A stretch of DNA of 64,000 bases from Nitrospirota bacterium (GTDB taxonomy: Bacteria; Nitrospirota; UBA9217): contig CAWIYV010000001.1 of NCBI GenBank assembly GCA_963840455.1, positions 160,001 through 224,000 of the forward strand, in the 5' to 3' direction. Each line of letters starts with the position of its first letter. Within the stretch, counting starts at the first letter, position 1. A program made the translations under genes and the position numbers. A model generated the notes under the pieces. It searched no databases. It saw nothing but the letters and a program-made list of their open reading frames with translations, and had not been told where the DNA came from. Shown piece by piece: positions 1 to 10,486 of this stretch.

Positions 1-706
1 GCTGCTCCTGGATCTTACGGCCCGCCTCCTGATACAAGGAGTGCAGCCGGTCCTCGACCGTTTCGTTCTCGCCTGCGGTCTGGCGGGCTGTATCAAGCAT
101 GGCTGCGCCGAGCTTCCCCGGGTCGTCCACGAGGTCACCGAGAACGAGGGTGCGATCGGAGAGGACGAACTCTTTCTTCGCCTCTTCCTTGGACAGCTTC
201 GTAATGACATTATCGTCCGCACCTTCCCGATGCGGTTCCGGCGACGCAGTAATGACCTCTTGGAGCGCTGCCTCGGTCACTTTGATATGTGTTGATCCCA
301 TTTCCCAGAGGATCGATACGATGCCGCTTTTTAGCGCCTGTTCCTCGGCTGACAGCGCTAGGGCGGCGCAGAACCCGGCCAGTTCCTCCTCGGTAAGGCC
401 CTGCTGAAAGACGAACTCACGCATCCCTTTTCCGAAGAGGTCCTGCGCGATCGTCTTGTTCAGTTGTGTGTCCTTGCTAACAGGGATCTGTTCGTAGAGG
501 AAGTAGGTCTTCTGGACACCAAGCGTGTACCGGGGCGCCGTTTCGAGGAACCGGGCGAAGGATTCGTAGGCTTTCTTGATTGCTTGCGAATAGACCGGGT
601 TGTTCGGTGGGTAGAGTTTGACGGCGCGGACAGCGGACACGAAATTCCGCATGACGTCCTGGACCTCCGGCGAAAGCACCTCGGTCTGCTTTTCATCTTC
701 CTGCAT
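1..706 (-). CDS. N-terminal part of a large alpha-helical (HEAT-repeat/HD-associated-type) hypothetical protein, truncated by the window edge
   Basis: Not in the ORF track. Manual translation from ATG 706 gives MQEDEKQTEVLSPEVQDVMRNFVSAVRAVKLYPPNNPVY..., open to position 1. The LYPxxxP N-terminal motif is typical of such proteins. TTGACA-17-TACCCT lies just upstream. Confidence 0.65.
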   Translation of the reverse strand, partial: MQEDEKQTEVLSPEVQDVMRNFVSAVRAVKLYPPNNPVYSQAIKKAYESFARFLETAPRYTLGVQKTYFLYEQIPVSKDTQLNKTIAQDLFGKGMREFVFQQGLTEEELAGFCAALALSAEEQALKSGIVSILWEMGSTHIKVTEAALQEVITASPEPHREGADDNVITKLSKEEAKKEFVLSDRTLVLGDLVDDPGKLGAAMLDTARQTAGENETVEDRLHSLYQEAGRKIQEQ

Positions 707-806
707 AGGTATGAGGGTATCACAACTGATAATTCGTGTCAAAAGGGTATTGGCCGTTGGGACAGTCACCGGGCAGAGGTGCAGGACAATGCAAAGGAAT
801 GGACCG

Positions 807-1346
807 TTATAAGGTGCAGACCTCGCCGCCGCAGATAAGCGCCTTTTCGTTCAACGGCAGGAGGCCATGACGCCTCGTTGGAAGGACCGATTTCAATGCG
901 TTCAGGACCGACTCTAGTGCCACGACGCCGGTCTTCTTGAGGAGAGCGCCGAGCATGACCATGTTGGCGATGCGGATATCCCCGAGTTCTTCGGCGATGT
1001 CGTTGGCCCGGATCTCGATGCGATGGAGGTCGTTCCGCGTCGGGGGCTGCTGCACCAGGGAGGTGTTCAAGAAGAGGTCTCCGGACGGCTTGATCCTCGG
1101 CTCGAATTTTTTGAACGATGCCTCGTTCAGGATGAGCATCGCCGATGGGTTTTGGACCAGAGGCGATCCGATCTCCCGGTCCGCAATGATGACCGTGCAG
1201 TTCGCGGTGCCGCCGCGGATCTCGGCGCCGTACGAGGGGAACCAGGTCACATGCTTTCCTTCGAGCATGCCCGCGTGGGCAAGAAGTTTCCCGACCAGCA
1301 GCACCCCCTGCCCGCCGAATCCCGCTATCATGACGTCCTGGTACAT
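807..1346 (-). CDS. 2-oxoacid:ferredoxin oxidoreductase gamma subunit
   Basis: AGFGGQG, PSYGAEIRGG and NMVMLGA motifs of the POR gamma family. Confidence 0.93.
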   Translation of the reverse strand: MYQDVMIAGFGGQGVLLVGKLLAHAGMLEGKHVTWFPSYGAEIRGGTANCTVIIADREIGSPLVQNPSAMLILNEASFKKFEPRIKPSGDLFLNTSLVQQPPTRNDLHRIEIRANDIAEELGDIRIANMVMLGALLKKTGVVALESVLNALKSVLPTRRHGLLPLNEKALICGGEVCTL

Positions 1347-1348
1347 GG

Positions 1349-2140
1349 CTATGCAGTATCCTTGTCTTCCTGACCCGTGGACCCTGACCCGTGGCCGGTG
1401 TCTTTATACACTCCCAGCGGGTAGTGCTTGATCATGCTGCTCCTTACCCACTCGGCGGCCTGCAGCGAGGTCATGCCCCAGTCCGTGGGGCACAGGGAAA
1501 GCGCCTCGACGAAGGAGAACCCCTTCCTGTCCACCTGGTTGCGGAATGCCTTCATGATCGCGCGCTTCGCGGTGATCACGTTCTTCGGAGAATCGAGGGA
1601 GACGCGCTCGATGTAGACCGGCCCTTCCAGGGTCGCGAGCATCTCGCTTACGCGAAGCGGATTGCCCGCAAGATGCGGGTCGCGTCCGGCAGGCGTCGTG
1701 GTTGTCTTCTGGCCAGCGAGTGTGGTCGGCGCCATCTGGCCGCCGGTCATACCGTAATTCGCATTGTTCACGAAGATCACGGTGAGGTTCTCGCCCCGTG
1801 CCGCCGCATGGACGATCTCTGCAGTGCCGATGGCCGCAAGGTCGCCATCACCCTGGTAGCAGAAGACGATAGAGTCCGGCCGCGAGCGCTTCATGCCCGT
1901 TGCGATCGCTGGCGGCCTTCCGTGGGGCACCTCGATCATGTCGATATCGAAGTAGTCGTAGGCAAATACTGCGCATCCCACGGGTGCGATGCCGATGGTC
2001 CGGTCCCGGATATCGAGCTTGTCGATGCACTCCGCCACGATCCGGTGAAGCACCCCGTGACCGCAGCCGGGACAGTAGCGGAACGGTTTGTCCTTGAGGC
2101 ATGCGGGTCTTTCGAACACTTTCTTCATCGTCATGGTCAT
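1349..2140 (-). CDS. 2-oxoacid:ferredoxin oxidoreductase beta subunit (TPP-binding)
   Basis: YCPGCGHG, GCA and GDGD...NN TPP motif, YGMTGGQ. Start uncertain (ATG 2140/2134/2128). Confidence 0.93.
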   Translation of the reverse strand: MTMTMKKVFERPACLKDKPFRYCPGCGHGVLHRIVAECIDKLDIRDRTIGIAPVGCAVFAYDYFDIDMIEVPHGRPPAIATGMKRSRPDSIVFCYQGDGDLAAIGTAEIVHAAARGENLTVIFVNNANYGMTGGQMAPTTLAGQKTTTTPAGRDPHLAGNPLRVSEMLATLEGPVYIERVSLDSPKNVITAKRAIMKAFRNQVDRKGFSFVEALSLCPTDWGMTSLQAAEWVRSSMIKHYPLGVYKDTGHGSGSTGQEDKDTA

Positions 2141-2160
2141 CGTGCGCGGCCAAAAATCCC

Positions 2161-2190
2161 TTGACATTCAACCCGTCTGTCTGTTATTGT
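2161..2190 (+). promoter_or_regulatory. sigma70 promoter of tRNA-Phe
   Basis: TTGACA (2161-2166), 18-nt spacer, TG-n-TATTGT (2185-2190), 27 nt before the tRNA. Confidence 0.75.
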
Positions 2191-2217
2191 AGCGCTCGTT
2201 CAAGCGGCCCGCATGAT

Positions 2218-2293
2218 GCCGAGGTAGCTCAGTTGGTAGAGCAGAGGCCTGAAAAGCCTCGTGTCCGCAGTTCGATTCTGCGCCTCGGCACCA
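2218..2293 (+). tRNA. tRNA-Phe(GAA)
   Basis: 76-nt cloverleaf: acceptor GCCGAGG/CCTCGGC, D arm GCTC/GAGC, anticodon arm GAGGC-CTGAAAA-GCCTC, T loop TTCGATT, encoded CCA. Confidence 0.97.
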
Positions 2294-2347
2294 CTCTTCT
2301 TTTCCCATCATATCATATCATACTTCAGCAAAGCAACCATCAATTGA

Positions 2348-2464
2348 TTGAAGCTCCCTGTAGCAAGCTGCAGGGAATCTTCGATCCTCTAGGTAGTATT
2401 GTTTATTCTCATCGCTCGCTAACCCCGCAGCAAGCTGCGGGGAATGCGCTCGCTCCTGGATTCA
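2348..2464 (-). mobile_element. ~116-bp double-hairpin repeat, copy 1 (putative non-autonomous IS200/IS605-like element)
   Basis: + strand TTGAAGCTCCCTGTAGCAAGCTGCAGGGAATCTTCGATCC...CCCCGCAGCAAGCTGCGGGGAATGCGCTCGCTCCTGGATTCA; near-identical to 4 other copies. Confidence 0.75.
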
Positions 2465-2503
2465 GCCAGCAGGAGTGAGTCGTTCTCCTGACTCCTGACG
2501 TCC

Positions 2504-3901
2504 TTATTCCTTCTCGAACAGCCCCAATTGCAGCATCTTCTCGCCCGGGAACGGCACCGGGTAATCGCCGCAAAAGCACGCGACGCAGTAGTTGATCGGC
2601 CGGTCGACCACCTTCCTCACCCCATCCAGGGTGATGTATCCCAGGGTGTCCGCGGTGATGTATTTCCGGATCTCCTCGATGTTATGCGACGACGCGATCA
2701 GCTCCTGCCGCGTCGGCGTATCGATCCCGTAGTAGCACGGGAACATGGTGGGCGGCGAGCTGATGCGCATATGGATCTCCGATGCGCCCGCGTTCCTGAT
2801 CATCTTGATGATCTTCTTGCTCGTCGTCCCCCGTACAATGGAGTCGTCAACGACCACGACCCGTTTGCCTTTCAGGACGTCCCTGACCGGGTTGAGCTTG
2901 ATCTTCACACCGAAGTGCCTGATGGCCTGGCGGGGTTCGATGAAGGTCCGTCCAACATAGTGGTTCCGGATCAGGCCAAGCCCGAAGGGGATCCCGGCCT
3001 CCTCGGCATAGCCCAGCGCGGCTGGCACGCCCGAGTCCGGCACCGGGATCACCACGTCCGCCTGCACGCCGGTCTCCCGCGCGAGCTGCCTGCCGAACTC
3101 CTTCCGGATGGAATAGACGTTCTGGCCGAAAACATAGCTGTCCGGCCGCGCGAAATAGATGAACTCGAAGATGCAGTGCGACGGCGTAGCCCGTTTGAAC
3201 GGGAAGGTCGATTGGATGCCCGAACCGTTGATGACGACCATCTCGCCCGGTTCGATCTCCCGGATATAGGTGGCCTCGATCAGGTCGAGTGCACAGGTCT
3301 CCGAGGCGAGCACGTACGCGCCGCCCACCTCGCCCAGCACCAGCGGACGGAATCCGTGCGGATCGCGCACGCCGATGAGCTTGTCCTCGGCGAGCAGCAG
3401 CAGACTGTAGGCCCCCTGTACATGCTGGAGAGCGTCGACGATCCGCTCGTTGAGGTTCGACAGGCGTGATTGTGCAATGAGGTGGATGATTACCTCGCTG
3501 TCCATGGTCGACTGGAAGATGGAACCATACGCTTCGAGCTCGGCTTTCAGGATGCCGGCGTTCACCAGGTTCCCGTTGTGCGCGATGGCCAGTCCGCCCA
3601 TTGCGAAATTGACCAGGATGGGCTGGATGTTGATGCTGATGCTGTCCCCGGTCGTCGAATAGCGGTTGTGGCCGATGGCCGCGTTACCGGGCAGCTTCTT
3701 GATGCGGTCCTCGGTGAAGATGTCCGCGACGAGGCCCATGGACTTCTCGCTGTAGAGCTTCTTGCCGTCCGAGGACACGATGCCGGCAGATTCCTGGCCC
3801 CGGTGCTGGAGGGCATAGAGCCCCAGATAGGTCAGGTTCGCGGCATCGGCATGGCCGTAAATCCCGAACACCCCGCATTCTTCATGGAACTTGTCGTACA
3901 T
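2504..3901 (-). CDS. purF: amidophosphoribosyltransferase
   Basis: Propeptide then EECGVFG, QHRGQ, HNRYST and [14 protein letters not shown] motif. Likely start ATG 3901. Confidence 0.97.
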   Translation of the reverse strand: MYDKFHEECGVFGIYGHADAANLTYLGLYALQHRGQESAGIVSSDGKKLYSEKSMGLVADIFTEDRIKKLPGNAAIGHNRYSTTGDSISINIQPILVNFAMGGLAIAHNGNLVNAGILKAELEAYGSIFQSTMDSEVIIHLIAQSRLSNLNERIVDALQHVQGAYSLLLLAEDKLIGVRDPHGFRPLVLGEVGGAYVLASETCALDLIEATYIREIEPGEMVVINGSGIQSTFPFKRATPSHCIFEFIYFARPDSYVFGQNVYSIRKEFGRQLARETGVQADVVIPVPDSGVPAALGYAEEAGIPFGLGLIRNHYVGRTFIEPRQAIRHFGVKIKLNPVRDVLKGKRVVVVDDSIVRGTTSKKIIKMIRNAGASEIHMRISSPPTMFPCYYGIDTPTRQELIASSHNIEEIRKYITADTLGYITLDGVRKVVDRPINYCVACFCGDYPVPFPGEKMLQLGLFEKE

Positions 3902-3981
3902 AGTGTCAGCGTTCACCCGGACCCGGGAAGGAGGATTGCACGGACCCGACCCGTCGCGATCGCCTTTCCCCGTCCGTGAGT

Positions 3982-5286
3982 TCATCGCCCCTTCTTCCCG
4001 AAGACCCGTTTGAAGATATAGTCCACTTTTTTGATCGTATGTTTGATATCAAAACAGCCGTCGATTTCCCTAGCCGTCAGGTACTGACCGATGTCGGGGT
4101 CGCCCTTAAGCCGGTCCGAGAAATCACCGCCCTGCTTCCAGACCATCATGGCGTTCCGCTGCACGAACTTGTATGCCTGTTCCCGCGTGAGCCCCTTGCC
4201 CACCAGCGCCAGCATCACCGTTTCGGAATGGAACAGGCCGCGCGATATCTCCATGTTCCGCTCCATATTGGCGGGATACACGATCAGCTTGTCCACCAGC
4301 CCGGTGAACCGTGCCAGCATGTAGTCCAGAAGGATGGTGCTGTCGGGAAGGATGATGCGCTCGACGGAGGAGTGGCTGATGTCCCGTTCGTGCCACAGGG
4401 CTACGTTCTCGAGCGCGGCGAGCGAATTCGCCCGGACCACCCGTGCCAGGCCCGAGAGGTTCTCGGCCGAGATGGGGTTCCGTTTGTGCGGCATTGCCGA
4501 GGACCCTTTCTGTCCCTCCGAGAAGTACTCCTCGGCCTCGAGCACCTCGGTCCGCTGGAGATGCCGGAGTTCCACGGAGAATTTTTCGATCGACGAGGCA
4601 ACGAGCGCGAGCGCCGTCAGGTACTCAGCGTGCCGGTCACGCTGGACCACCTGCGTCGCCGCAGGCTCCGGCGTGAGCCCGAGTTCCCTGCAGACATACC
4701 GCTCCACAAAGGGATCGATGTTGGCGAAGGTCCCGACGGCGCCCGAGACCTTTCCGACACTGGCGACCTTGCGTGCCCTGATCATGCGGTCCAGGGCCCT
4801 GCCCATCTCCTCGTACCAGAGCGCCATCTTGAGCCCAAAGGTGACCGGTTCCGCATGGACGCCGTGGGAACGGCCGATCATGACCGTGTCCTTGTACTGG
4901 AAGGCCTTTTTCCTGAGCACGGCGCGAAGGGCCTTGATATCGTCGATGAGGATGTCGGCGGCCTGCAGCATGAGGTAGGCGAGCGAGGTGTCGAGGACAT
5001 CGGAGGAAGTGAGGCCGAGGTGGATGAATCGTGATTCAGGCCCCACATGCTCGCCGACAGCGGTAAGGAAGGCGATGACATCGTGCTTCACGACACTCTC
5101 GAGCTCATCGATCCGTTTGACGTCAAAGGCCGCTTTTTTCTTGATCGCGGCGAGGGACCGCGCAGGGACCAGGCCGAGCTTGGCGTTCGCCTCGCAGGCA
5201 AGAATCTCCACGAGGAGCCACGTGCGGTACCGGCTTTCGGGCTCCCAGAGACTGGTCATTGCAGGCCTGCTGTAACGAGGTATCAT
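3982..5286 (-). CDS. purB: adenylosuccinate lyase
   Basis: MIPRY start, KHDV, GRSHG and [11 protein letters not shown] fumarase-family signature. Confidence 0.97.
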   Translation of the reverse strand: MIPRYSRPAMTSLWEPESRYRTWLLVEILACEANAKLGLVPARSLAAIKKKAAFDVKRIDELESVVKHDVIAFLTAVGEHVGPESRFIHLGLTSSDVLDTSLAYLMLQAADILIDDIKALRAVLRKKAFQYKDTVMIGRSHGVHAEPVTFGLKMALWYEEMGRALDRMIRARKVASVGKVSGAVGTFANIDPFVERYVCRELGLTPEPAATQVVQRDRHAEYLTALALVASSIEKFSVELRHLQRTEVLEAEEYFSEGQKGSSAMPHKRNPISAENLSGLARVVRANSLAALENVALWHERDISHSSVERIILPDSTILLDYMLARFTGLVDKLIVYPANMERNMEISRGLFHSETVMLALVGKGLTREQAYKFVQRNAMMVWKQGGDFSDRLKGDPDIGQYLTAREIDGCFDIKHTIKKVDYIFKRVFGKKGR

Positions 5287-5309
5287 CAAGTTCTCCTGTC
5301 AGCGTCGGG

Positions 5310-5798
5310 TCATGCCCGGACGAACCGGGACATCCGCGCAAAGGCAGTGTCGTCAGGCGCAAGAAGGGTGAAATCGATCGGATGGGCCCCTGCCCCGTCC
5401 GCAAGCCCTTCCCGGATGGCGGCAAGGACATCATCGCTCTGTGCTGCTCCCGCGGGGAAAAAATCCAGGGCTGCACGGGTAATCCCAGCATTGACCGAGC
5501 TCGCCGCGGCGACACGGGCGGCAACGCGCAGCGACTCCGGAGACGATGCTTCCCGGGGGCCGAGCCCGACCATGAAGATCTTGTCGGCGGGGACCTTCCC
5601 TTTCGAGGTCAGCAGGGCGACCTCGCCGAGGACTCCCCGCATTTTTTTCTTGATGATGAGATGGGAAAGGGCGCCGCACAGGAGCCAGTCCAATGCACCG
5701 GCGGTACCTTTCAGGGGGCGAACATCCTCATGGAAACCGACGATCACGGCATCGGTTTCCAGGTCCTTGATATCGTGCATGAGTACTCTCAGAACCAC
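5310..5798 (-). CDS. stand-alone leucyl aminopeptidase (M17) N-terminal-like domain protein
   Basis: DVRPLKG...ALDW.LCGALS...GEVALL...KIFMVGLG pattern; no catalytic M17 domain. Confidence 0.65.
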   Translation of the reverse strand: MVLRVLMHDIKDLETDAVIVGFHEDVRPLKGTAGALDWLLCGALSHLIIKKKMRGVLGEVALLTSKGKVPADKIFMVGLGPREASSPESLRVAARVAAASSVNAGITRAALDFFPAGAAQSDDVLAAIREGLADGAGAHPIDFTLLAPDDTAFARMSRFVRA

Positions 5799-5816
5799 CT
5801 GGGGGCCCTTTTCGCG

Positions 5817-6245
5817 TCAGCGGAGGTTCTTCGCGTCCACTTTGCCGGCCATGCGTGCGACGCTGTCGAGAATGCCGTTGACAAAGGCGCCGGACTCGTC
5901 GGTCCCGAACTTCTTGGCAAGCTCGATGGCCTCGTTGATCGTCACGCTCGGAGGGATGTCCTTCCGGTAGAGGATCTCGTAGGCTGCCATGCGGAGCACG
6001 TTGCGGTCAACGATGGCCATGCGCTCGAGGGTCCAGTTCTTGGCGCAGGCGAGGATCTTCGCGTTGATGCTTTTCAGGTGCTTATGGGTCCCTTTCACGA
6101 TCTCCTCGGTGAACGCACGGACCTCATCGTCCGGTACGTACTCCGTCCAGAAGCGTTTGAAGAGAATGGCCGCCGGCTTTTCCTTCCGAATGTCCAGCTG
6201 GAACAGTACCTGGAGCGCGTATTCCCTGGCCTTCCTTCTCTTCAT
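5817..6245 (-). CDS. nusB: transcription antitermination factor NusB
   Basis: [24 protein letters not shown] and FVNGILD motifs; follows ribH. Confidence 0.96.
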   Translation of the reverse strand: MKRRKAREYALQVLFQLDIRKEKPAAILFKRFWTEYVPDDEVRAFTEEIVKGTHKHLKSINAKILACAKNWTLERMAIVDRNVLRMAAYEILYRKDIPPSVTINEAIELAKKFGTDESGAFVNGILDSVARMAGKVDAKNLR

Positions 6246-6281
6246 TCCCTCACCGCGGAGCAATGCATATCGATCGTGGGC

Positions 6282-6397
6282 TTGAAGCTCCCTGCAGCAA
6301 GCTGTAGGGAATCTTCGATCCTCAAGGTAGAATGTTTATCCTAATCGCTCGCTAACCCCGCAGCAAGCTGCGGAGAATGCGCTTGCTCCTGGATCCC
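6282..6397 (-). mobile_element. ~116-bp double-hairpin repeat, copy 2
   Basis: Same element, between ribH and nusB. Confidence 0.75.
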
Positions 6398-6401
6398 GTT
6401 G

Positions 6402-6866
6402 CTACAGCTGCTTCATCAGGTTGGCCATCTCGATGGCCGAGAGGGCGGCGTCCCATCCCTTGTTGCCGCTCTTCGTGCCGGCACGTTCGACGGCCTGCTC
6501 GATCGTGTCGGTGGTGAGCACGCCGAAGACAACGGGGAGTCCCGTTTCCATCGATACCGCGGCAATGCCCTTGCTCACTTCGGCGCTCACGTACTCGAAA
6601 TGCGGTGTTGCCCCGCGGATGACCGCGCCGAGACAGATGACGGCGCTGTACTTTTTCGACCGGGCCAGCTGCTGTGCGACCAGGGGTATCTCGTAGGCAC
6701 CTGGCACCCGCACCACTTCGATGTCCGAGTCGGACGCGCCGTGCCTTGTCAAAGCGTCAACCGCGCCATCGAGCAGGCGCGCGGTGATGAAATCATTGAA
6801 CCGCGACGCGACGATCCCGAACTTGAACCCTTTCGCACTCAGATCTCCCTGGATGATCTTAGGCAT
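6402..6866 (-). CDS. ribH: 6,7-dimethyl-8-ribityllumazine synthase
   Basis: [23 protein letters not shown] and GNKG motifs. Confidence 0.97.
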   Translation of the reverse strand: MPKIIQGDLSAKGFKFGIVASRFNDFITARLLDGAVDALTRHGASDSDIEVVRVPGAYEIPLVAQQLARSKKYSAVICLGAVIRGATPHFEYVSAEVSKGIAAVSMETGLPVVFGVLTTDTIEQAVERAGTKSGNKGWDAALSAIEMANLMKQL

Positions 6867-6950
6867 GAGAACCTCCATAATTTATACGAACACGTGCGAA
6901 ATGCCAAAGAGCGGCAAACATCTTAATCTTTTCATTGAGCGATTTACCTT

Positions 6951-8156
6951 TTACACTTTTTCCAGCATGTGTCCCATCTTGCTCTTCTTGATCTTGAGGT
7001 ACTGGAGGTTCTTCGGGTGCGGATGCATCTCAATGGCTACCCGCTCCACCACCGTCAGGCCGTAGCCTTCGAGGCCGATGATCTTCTTGGGGTTGTTCGT
7101 CAGAAGGCGGAGCTTGCGGATGCCGAGGTCGCGAAGAATCTGGGCGCCGACACCGTAATCCCGGAGGTCTGCCTTGAAGCCCAGGGCAAGGTTGGCCTCC
7201 ACGGTGTCCTTGCCCTTGTCCTGGAGCTCATAGGCCTTGAGTTTGCCCTCAAGGCCGATGCCGCGGCCTTCCTGGCGCATATAAAGGATGACCCCCTTGC
7301 CTTCTTCGGATATCATCTGCATGGCGTTATGAAGCTGCTCGCCGCAGTCGCAGCGGAGTGAACCGAACACATCACCGGTAAGGCACTCGGAATGGACCCG
7401 GACCATGACCGCGTCGTCGGGCTTGATATCGCCCTTCACCAGCGCGACATGGCTCTGGCGGTCGATATCGTTGGCATAGAGGATCGCCGTGAACTCATCG
7501 CCGTAGGCCGTGGGGAGCTTGGTGACCGCCACCCGGCGGACAAGGGACTCCTTCCTCACCCGATAGGCGATCAGGTCCTTCACGGTAACGATCTTCATGT
7601 GGTGCTTTTTCGAGAACTCGAGGAGCTGCGGGACGCGTGACATCGTCCCGTCATCGTTCATGATCTCGCAGATGACCCCCGCAGGATTGAGGCCGGCGAG
7701 CCTCGCCAGGTCCACGGAACCCTCGGTCTGGCCTGCGCGCTGCAGCACGCCTCCCGGCCGTGCCCGGAGCGGGAACACATGGCCGGGACGGGCAAGGCCC
7801 TCGGAGCCCATCTTGGGATCGATGGCGGCTTTGATGGTCGTTGCGCGGTCAGCCGCGGAAATGCCCGTCGTCACGCCTTTCTTTGCCTCAATGGAGATGG
7901 TGAAGGCCGTTCCGAAGGACGATGTGTTGTCCGTCGTCATCATGGGGAGCTGAAGGTGCTCGACACGCTCCGGTGTGAGCGATAGGCAGATGAGCCCCCT
8001 TCCGTGCATGGCCATGAAATTGATGGCCTCCGGCGTGACCTTCTCGGCCGCCATGGTCAGGTCGCCCTCGTTCTCCCGGTCCTCGTCGTCGACAAGAATG
8101 ACCATCTTCCCTTTTTTGATGTCCTCGATGGCCTCTTCGATGGTATTGAACTTCAT
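6951..8156 (-). CDS. ribBA: bifunctional DHBP synthase / GTP cyclohydrolase II
   Basis: [10 protein letters not shown]; [10 protein letters not shown]...RCDCG; QEGRGIG. Confidence 0.97.
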   Translation of the reverse strand: MKFNTIEEAIEDIKKGKMVILVDDEDRENEGDLTMAAEKVTPEAINFMAMHGRGLICLSLTPERVEHLQLPMMTTDNTSSFGTAFTISIEAKKGVTTGISAADRATTIKAAIDPKMGSEGLARPGHVFPLRARPGGVLQRAGQTEGSVDLARLAGLNPAGVICEIMNDDGTMSRVPQLLEFSKKHHMKIVTVKDLIAYRVRKESLVRRVAVTKLPTAYGDEFTAILYANDIDRQSHVALVKGDIKPDDAVMVRVHSECLTGDVFGSLRCDCGEQLHNAMQMISEEGKGVILYMRQEGRGIGLEGKLKAYELQDKGKDTVEANLALGFKADLRDYGVGAQILRDLGIRKLRLLTNNPKKIIGLEGYGLTVVERVAIEMHPHPKNLQYLKIKKSKMGHMLEKV

Positions 8157-8217
8157 GGAATGATCACCTCGTGTTCTCTTGTTCCGCGCTCCGCATCCGC
8201 CGCTCCGCGCTCCGGCC

Positions 8218-8856
8218 TCAGGCGAACCCGCTCTTTTTCAGGGCATCAAGGCTCACGCCCCCCTCCATCCGTCCGGCGAGGAGGCGCTCCACGTATTTGC
8301 CGATGATGTCGGATTCCAGATTTACGCTGTCGCCGGCTGTTTTGAAGCCCAGCGTCGTGAGCTTCGCGGTGTGGGGGATCATGGCGATGGCAAAACCCGC
8401 GTTATCCACGTCGGCCACGGTCAGGCTGATGCCGTCGATGGCGATGGAACCCTTCTTGATCACGTACCGGAGGACCGACGCGGGCGCGTCGATGAAGATG
8501 CGCCAGCCGTTCCCCTCTTCCCGTTTCTCGCGGACGCGTCCCACGGCGTCCACGTGTCCGGTCACCAGGTGCCCGCCGATCCGCGCGGAAAGCTGAAGGG
8601 CACGCTCCAGGTTCACTTTTTTCCCTGCCTGAAGATCACCGAGGTTCGTAACCCTGAGGGTCTCCACGGCAACATCGGCGGAGAACTCTGTTCTGTTCAT
8701 CTCGACGACGGTGAGGCAGACGCCGTTCACGCAGATGCTGTCGCCGAGCGCCGTCCCGTCCAGCACCTTCGCGGCGGAAAGGGTTAGACGGGCGGCACCA
8801 GCCTCGCGCCGGAGCGCCTTTACCATACCCAGCTCTTCAATGATCCCCGTGAACAT
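8218..8856 (-). CDS. ribE: riboflavin synthase (alpha chain)
   Basis: MFTGIIE N-terminus, [22 protein letters not shown]. Confidence 0.97.
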   Translation of the reverse strand: MFTGIIEELGMVKALRREAGAARLTLSAAKVLDGTALGDSICVNGVCLTVVEMNRTEFSADVAVETLRVTNLGDLQAGKKVNLERALQLSARIGGHLVTGHVDAVGRVREKREEGNGWRIFIDAPASVLRYVIKKGSIAIDGISLTVADVDNAGFAIAMIPHTAKLTTLGFKTAGDSVNLESDIIGKYVERLLAGRMEGGVSLDALKKSGFA

Positions 8857-8868
8857 TCGGTCTCGCGG

Positions 8869-9600
8869 CTACTTAAGCAACGGCAGCAGCACGATCTCGA
8901 TCCTGCGGTTCTTTGCCCTGCCTTCATCCGTATCGTTCGGGGCAAGAGGCTGATATTCCGAGTAGCCCGTTGCCGAGAGCAGCTTTGGGTCCAGCCCGCC
9001 CTCTTCCTGGAGATACCGCACGACCTGCGTGGCGCGCCCCGCGGAGAGCTCCCAGTTCGTGGGATACTTGGTCTTGATGGCGCTGTAGATCCGCACGTTG
9101 TCCGTGTGGCCCTCCACCTGGATGCGCTTGTCCTTGATGTCCTTCAGGATCGTAATGACCTTGTCCAGGACCTTCTTGCCTTCCCTGCTTACATCGGCGC
9201 TGCCCGAGGCGAAGAGGATCTTGTCCACCATGGTCATAGTCAGCCGGTTCTTCATCTCCGTCAGCTGGACCTGTCCGTCCTGGATCTCCTTCTCAAGCTT
9301 CTTCTGGAGGTCCTGATAGGTCTGCGTCGCCTTCTCGAGCTGCTCTGCCTTCTCGGCCTTCGTCGTCAGCTCGTTCACCTTCCCCTGGAGCGCCTCCTTG
9401 TCCTTCTTGAGCATCTCGTTATCCGCCGTGAGGCCCTTCACCTGGCTTCTGCATGTGTTCACCTGCACCACTGTTTCGTCACGCTGCTTCGCGCAGTCGG
9501 CAAGGTCGTTCACTGCCTTGGTGTGCTCGGCGGTCGGCACTCCGCAGGCAGACAGCAAAAAAATAAGGGAAAATAAAGGAAAAACCAGCGTTTTTTTCAT
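8869..9600 (-). CDS. OmpA/MotB-family peptidoglycan-binding lipoprotein with coiled coil
   Basis: Lipobox LSAC, coiled-coil region, VEGHTD...NWELS..RA and NRRIEI. Confidence 0.88.
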   Translation of the reverse strand: MKKTLVFPLFSLIFLLSACGVPTAEHTKAVNDLADCAKQRDETVVQVNTCRSQVKGLTADNEMLKKDKEALQGKVNELTTKAEKAEQLEKATQTYQDLQKKLEKEIQDGQVQLTEMKNRLTMTMVDKILFASGSADVSREGKKVLDKVITILKDIKDKRIQVEGHTDNVRIYSAIKTKYPTNWELSAGRATQVVRYLQEEGGLDPKLLSATGYSEYQPLAPNDTDEGRAKNRRIEIVLLPLLK

Positions 9601-9722
9601 ACGATGCTCCTTACGGAAAGAGATATGTCAGGGCCCTTTTTGAGCACGGTTATAATAACGGTAGGATGATTTAATGTCAAGAATATTTCTGGTAAATAGC
9701 GGGGTTACGGCAACTGGACAGG

Positions 9723-10313
9723 TCAATTTTTCTCGAAGCAGGGAATGCAGACGATCTTCCCTCCCTTCACCCGCCCGCGAGACTCCATGAACCGCTCGCG
9801 GCACTGGGCGCAGCGCACAGAAGCGCGTATCTTGGCCAACGACGGGGGCGGCGTGGTGACTGGTTCGATGTTCAGGAACTCCTTGTCGTCGGCCCTGAGG
9901 ATCGCAGCGGTCTTCTCCATCTTGAACTGTTCCATTTCGCGGGAGACATCCTCTCCTGCGTCCTGCCGCTTCTTGAGCTCGGGGTACCGCGCATCGTTCT
10001 CGAACCCCCGGTAGTTCTCGGAAACGCGCACACCTTTGCCTGTAGAGCGATTGTAGAAGGTATAAACATGCTTGCCGTAGTCGCGGAAGATGAGGTTCCC
10101 CTTCCCGAACGTAGCGCCGGTGATGAACTGGATCGCGTCCACGGCGCAGGAGTCGTTCTCGACAACGGCAACGAGCTCTTCGTCGTGCGGCCGGTCGGCC
10201 TTGAGCTCACGAAGCGCTGCCTTCGCCACACGGTACCCCAGGGTCAAGCCCGTACAGAGATGGCCGTGGAACTGGATGGCATCGCGGAGATCGGGATCGA
10301 ACTGATCGGTCAT
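9723..10313 (-). CDS. FmdE-family metal-binding protein with C-terminal zinc finger
   Basis: FHGHLC, SCAVDAIQ, GKGNL; C-terminal CxxC...CxxC. Likely start ATG 10313. Confidence 0.9.
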   Translation of the reverse strand: MTDQFDPDLRDAIQFHGHLCTGLTLGYRVAKAALRELKADRPHDEELVAVVENDSCAVDAIQFITGATFGKGNLIFRDYGKHVYTFYNRSTGKGVRVSENYRGFENDARYPELKKRQDAGEDVSREMEQFKMEKTAAILRADDKEFLNIEPVTTPPPSLAKIRASVRCAQCRERFMESRGRVKGGKIVCIPCFEKN

Positions 10314-10371
10314 GGGAACACCTCCAATAACTTTGTAACCACGGATAAAAACGGTAACGACAAAACCTTTC

Positions 10372-10479
10372 ACCGCAGAGGACGCAGAGAGCGCAGAGGA
10401 TAGACGGAAATCTGATTTGCGTGTAATTCACAACAAGCAGTTTTCTTCAATTCTCCGAGTACTCCGCGATCTCTGCGGT
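10372..10479. repeat. inverted 9-mer tandem-repeat element (ACCGCAGAG family), copy A
   Basis: ACCGCAGAG GACGCAGAG AGCGCAGAG ... CTCCGAGTA CTCCGCGAT CTCTGCGGT. Confidence 0.75.
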
Positions 10480-10486
10480 AATACTC

